Shown here: positions 59,618-64,000 of the stretch, in pieces
Layout of the letters: each line of letters opens with the position of its first letter
How positions within the stretch are numbered: position 1 is the stretch's first letter
Assembly: GCF_036365525.1 (NCBI RefSeq)
Contig: NC_090375.1
Location: 114,398,257 to 114,462,256, forward strand
Length of the DNA: 64,000 bases
Direction: 5' to 3'
Origin: Heterodontus francisci
Taxonomy: Eukaryota
Translations under genes and position numbers: made by a program
Notes under the pieces: model-generated
What the model was told of the DNA's origin: nothing
The model's database searches: none
What the model saw: only the letters and a program-made list of their open reading frames with translations

Positions 59618-59847
59618 CAAAAGCAAAATACTGAGGATGCGGGAAATCTGAAATAAAAAGAGAAAATGCTGGAAATACTCAGCTGGTCAGGCAGCATCTG
59701 TGGAGCGAGAAACAGAGTTAACGTTTCAGGTCGATGACCTTTTGATCTTCTGATGAAAAGACATTAACCTGAAATGTTAACTCTGTTTTTCTCTGTCCAT
59801 AGATGTTCCTGACCTGCTGAATATTTCCAGCATTTTCTGTTTCTATT
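59618..59847. mobile_element. Short palindromic non-autonomous Penelope-derived element with 13-bp TSD
   Basis: tcatgatcaaggt at 59605-17 and 59848-60; two inverted Penelope ends; CTGATGA...GAAA at 59750-59774. Confidence 0.82.
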
Positions 59848-60666
59848 TCATGATCAAGGTTATACATTATGTTTTTAAATTTTTACCTCAGATATTTTCT
59901 TCAAGTTCAATACCAAAGGCAACTCCCATAAATGAGCCCTTACTTCCTTCAAACTGAAGTGCATCTTTAACTGCTTAATATCTGGGTAGCTGTAATGAGT
60001 CAAGGAGCTGAGTAAAAGTCCTTCTCACTCTATTCTGGCTTATTGGAGATATCAAGTGCCACCAGATAATCCCCTTCACTTTGGTAAACAGAAAAGTAAA
60101 CATGCTGTCAGACTTTAGGCTAAGAATTGTTAAGCAATTTTGTTAAACAATTTAAATAAATTAGTGATGATCACTAGGCAAGCCTTATTGCAAATAATTT
60201 GCATATGTACCATAATCATATAATTAATTTTTCAATTAAAAAATCCACAAGGTTGTGTAAAGAATGACTTGTTTTGATTGTGGTGCTTCTAAATAACCAT
60301 CCAGCATCACAGTTAATCAGCTCTTCACACGTATCTGCAGCCTTGTGTCTGCCGACACAACCGACCTTAAAAGCTTGAGCCTTTGCATGCAATAATCAGC
60401 TGCCAAAATGAGGTCTAATCACCGCTATCTACAGATGTGGGAGTGTGGGTACCAGCGGGTGGGCACAGAGCATCTCTTGACCACTCTTCAAACCTAGCAG
60501 CTTGATGGAATTTTCTGGAAAATTCAATTATGTTTTCTTTATGCAGCAATATACTACAGATGCTACTGACATCCCCAATGACCTCCCAAAAGAGCATGAG
60601 GCAGTAATGTTCAAAACAGTTGTTACCTTTACAGCTGCTGGCAGCATCATTACTGCCCGTCAATTC

Positions 60667-63600
60667 TAGAAACATAGAAAATAGGAGCAGGAGTAGGCCA
60701 TTCGACCCTTCGAGCCTGCTCTGCCATTCATTATGATCATGGCTGATCATCCAACTCAGTAACCTGTTCCCGCTTTCACCCCATACCCTTTGATCCCTTT
60801 AGACCCAAGAGCTACATCTAACTCCTTTTTGAAAACATACAATGTTTTGGCCTCAACTGCTTTCTGTGGCAGCAAATTCCACAGGCTCACCACTCTCTGG
60901 GTGAAGAAATTTCTCCTCATCTCAGTCCTAAATGGTTTACCCCGTATCCTGAGACTATGACCCCTGGTTCTGGACTCCCCCACCATCAGGAACATTCTTC
61001 CTGCATCTACCCTGTCAAGTCCTGTTAGAATTTTATAGGTTTCTATGAGATCCCCCCTCACTCTTCTGAACTTCAGCAAATATAATCCTAACTGACTCAA
61101 TCTCTCCTCATACGTCAGTCCCGCCATCCCAGGAATCAGTCTGATAAACCTTCGCTGCACTCCCTCTATAGCAAGAACATCCTTCCTCAGATAAGGAGAC
61201 CAAAACTGCACACAATATTCCAGGTGTAGCCTCACCGAGGCCCTGTATAATTGCAGCAAGACATCCCTGCTCCTGTACTCAAATCCTCTCGCTATGAAGG
61301 CCACCACTTTTTTACCACCTGTTGCACCTACATGTTTACCTTCAGCAACTGGTGTACGAGAACACCCAGGTCTCGCTGCATATTCCCCTCTCTCAGTTTA
61401 TAGCCGTTCAGATAATAATCTGCCTTCCTGTTTTTTCTACCAAAGTGGATAACCTCACTTTTATCAACTTGTCCAAATCCCCCAAAGCCTCTCTGCATCC
61501 TCCTCACAACTCGCCCTCCCACCCAGTTTTGTGTCATCTGCAAATTTGGAGATATTACATTTAGTTCCCTCATCAAAATCATTAATATATATTGAGAATA
61601 GCTGGGGTCCTAGCACCGGTCACTGCCTGCCATTCGGAAAAAGACGCATTTATCCCTACTCTTTGTTTCCTGTCTGCCAACCAATTTTCTATCTATTGCA
61701 ATACACGACCCCGCTTCCCATGCGCTTTAATTTTACACGCTAATCTCTTATGTGGGACTTTGTGGAAAGCCTTCTGAAAGTCCAAATAAACCACATCCAC
61801 TGGCTCCCCTTCATCAACTCGACTAGTTACATCCTTGAAGAATTCTAGTAGATTTGTCAAGCACGATTTCCCTTTCGTAAATCCATGCTGACTCTGTCCG
61901 ATTCTACCACTGTTCTCCAAATGTTCTGCTATAAAATCTTTGATAATGGACTCTAGAATTTTCCCCACTACTGACGTCAGGCTGACTGGTCTATAATTCT
62001 CTGCATTCTCTCTACCTCCCTTTTTAACTAGTGGGGTTACATTAGCTACCCTCCAATCTGTATGAAATGTTCCACAGTCTATAGAATCTTGGAAGATGAC
62101 CACCAATGCATCCACTATTTCTAGGGCCACTTCCTTAAGTACTATCGGATGCCTACCATCAGGCCCTGGGGATTTATTGGCCTTCAATCCCATCAATTTC
62201 CCCAACACCATTTCTCGACTAATACTGATTTCTTTCAGTTCCTCTCTCACACAAAGCCCTGTGTTCCCCAACATTTCTGATACGATATTTGTGTCCTCCT
62301 TTGTGAAGACAGAACCAAAATATGCATTTAGTTGTTCAGCCAGTTCTTTGTTCCCCATAATAAATTCCCCTGTTTCTGATTGTAAGGGTCCTACATTTGT
62401 CTTCACCAATCTTTTTCTCTTCACATATTTATAGAAACTTTTACAGTCAGTTTTTATGTTCACCGCAAGCTTGCTCTCATACTCTATTTTCCCCTTCTTA
62501 ATCAATCCCTTGGTCCTCCTTTGCTGAATTCTAAACTGCTCCCAATCCTCATGTCTGTTGTTTTTTTTTGGCCAATTTATATGCCTCTTCCTTGGATCTA
62601 ATGCTATCTCTAATTTCCCTTGAAAGCCATGGTTTGGCTACCTTTCCCGTTTTACTTTTGCACCAGACAGGGATAACCAATTGTTGCAGTTCATCCATGC
62701 GCTCTTTAAATGTTTGCCATTGCCTATCCGCCGTCATCCCTTTAAGTAACATTTCCCAATCCGTCATAGCCATCTCGCACCTCATACCTTTGTAGTTTCC
62801 TTTACTAAAATTCAGGACCCTAGTGTCAGTCAGTTGCCAGCATTCGCCAGAGCTGGCGGGCAGCCATAAAGACAGGGCTAAATTGTGGCGAGTCGAAGAG
62901 ACTTAGTAGTTGGCAGGAAAAAAGACAGAGGCACAAGGGGAGAGCCAACTGTGCAACAGCCCCGACAAACAAAATTTCTCTGCAGCACCTGTGGAAGAGC
63001 CTGTCACTCCAGAATTGGCCTTTATAGCCACTCCAGGCGCTGCTTCACAAACCACTGACCACCTCCAGGCGCGTATCCATTGTCTCTCGAGATAAGGAGG
63101 CCCAAAAGAAAAGAAAAAGAAAGAAGTGTCAGAATCAACTACGTCACTCACCCTCTTGATGAAGAATTCTATCATATTGTGGTCGCTCATCCCCAAGGGG
63201 TCTCGCACCACTAGATTGTCAATTATTCCTCTCTCATTTCACAATACCCAGTCTAGGATGGCCTGCTCTCTAGTTGGTTCCTCAACGTATTGGTCCAGAA
63301 AACCATCCTGTATACACTCCAAGAATTCCTCCTCTATTGTGACTAATTTGATTTGCCCAATCTGTATGCAGATTAATGTCACCCATAATTACAGATGTTC
63401 CTTTATCGCATGCATCTCTAATTTCCTGTTTAATGCCATTCCCAACATCACCACTACAGTTTGGGGGTCTATATACAACCCCCTCTAACGTTTTTTGCCC
63501 CTTAGTGTTTCTCAGCTCTACCCATACAGATTCCACATTGTCAGAGCTAATATCTTTCCTCACTATTGCATTAATTTCCTCTTTAACCAGCAATGCAACT

Positions 63601-64000
63601 CCACCGCCTTTTGCTTTTTGTCTGTCCTTCCTAAATACTGAATACCCCTGGATGTTCATTTCCCATCCCTGGTCACCATGCAGCCATGTCTCCGTAATCC
63701 CGACTATATCATACCCGTTTACATCTAGTTGCGTGATTAATTCATCCACTTTATTGCGAATGTTCCGCCTGTTAAGGCACAAAGCCTTAAGGCTTGTCAT
63801 TTTATCATTATTTGTCCCCTTCCCACTATTTCTCACTGTGGCCCTGTTTGATTCTGGCGCTTGATTTCTCTGCCTGTCACTTTTCTTATTCCCCTTACTG
63901 TCTTTTGTTCTTGTCTTTGATCCCCCTTCCTCTGACTCCTTGCAAAGGTTCCCATCCCCCTGCCATTTTAGTTTAAACCCTCCCCTACCACTCCAGCCAA
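60667..64000 (-). mobile_element. CR1 (HER1-like) LINE: ORF1 end, whole decayed ORF2 and 3' tail; continues beyond the window
   Basis: ORF1 end LAGVVGEGLN*; APE (GITETWL, GGGVALLV, SDHNMIEF); RT (NYRPVSLTSVVGK, YLDFQKAF, FADDT); HLEYCVQFWSP; ttctatgt-type tail. Confidence 0.93.
62830..63124 (+). mobile_element. RTE 3' fragment nested in CR1, with 8-bp TSD
   Basis: Near-identical to 11432-11722; agtgtcag at 62822-29 and 63125-32. Confidence 0.9.

Noticed and set aside
54954-59782. Idea that two sense hammerheads flanking exon 9 dimerise in cis and cut it out
   Set aside because: The 59750 copy has decayed stems I and II, and both copies are likely sequestered in their own inverted repeats.
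56827-64000. ADHFE1 exon 10 (expected AVRNPDD..ARS.MHLAS)
   Set aside because: No matching exon seen; it presumably lies beyond the window.

Overview
Vertebrate genomic DNA, very probably from a cartilaginous fish (shark), judging from HE1-type V-SINEs, Deu-domain SINEs, HER1-like CR1 and abundant Penelope elements; the species cannot be fixed from sequence alone. There are two host genes, both on the + strand and in the mammalian order: intronless RRS1 (CDS 4812-5810) and ADHFE1 (coding exons 1-9 assembled by eye, 19094-56826, all GT-AG and phase-compatible; the rest lies beyond the window). The remainder is mostly transposon-derived: a full-length decayed Gypsy element with both LTRs, a cluster of solo LTRs upstream of ADHFE1, CR1, RTE, Tx1 and Vingi LINE pieces, three decayed Harbinger elements (two with a recognisable second, Myb-like gene) and hAT MITEs. 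The most interesting signal is a Penelope-like family whose ends carry minimal hammerhead-ribozyme motifs. It occurs as a 2.46-kb fold-back insertion with a 15-bp TSD and as tiny (54-230 bp) TSD-flanked non-coding derivatives. A second notable item is an ORF1-less APE-RT LINE that begins with a tRNA/Pol III-like head. Repeat family names come from recalled motifs, not database searches.
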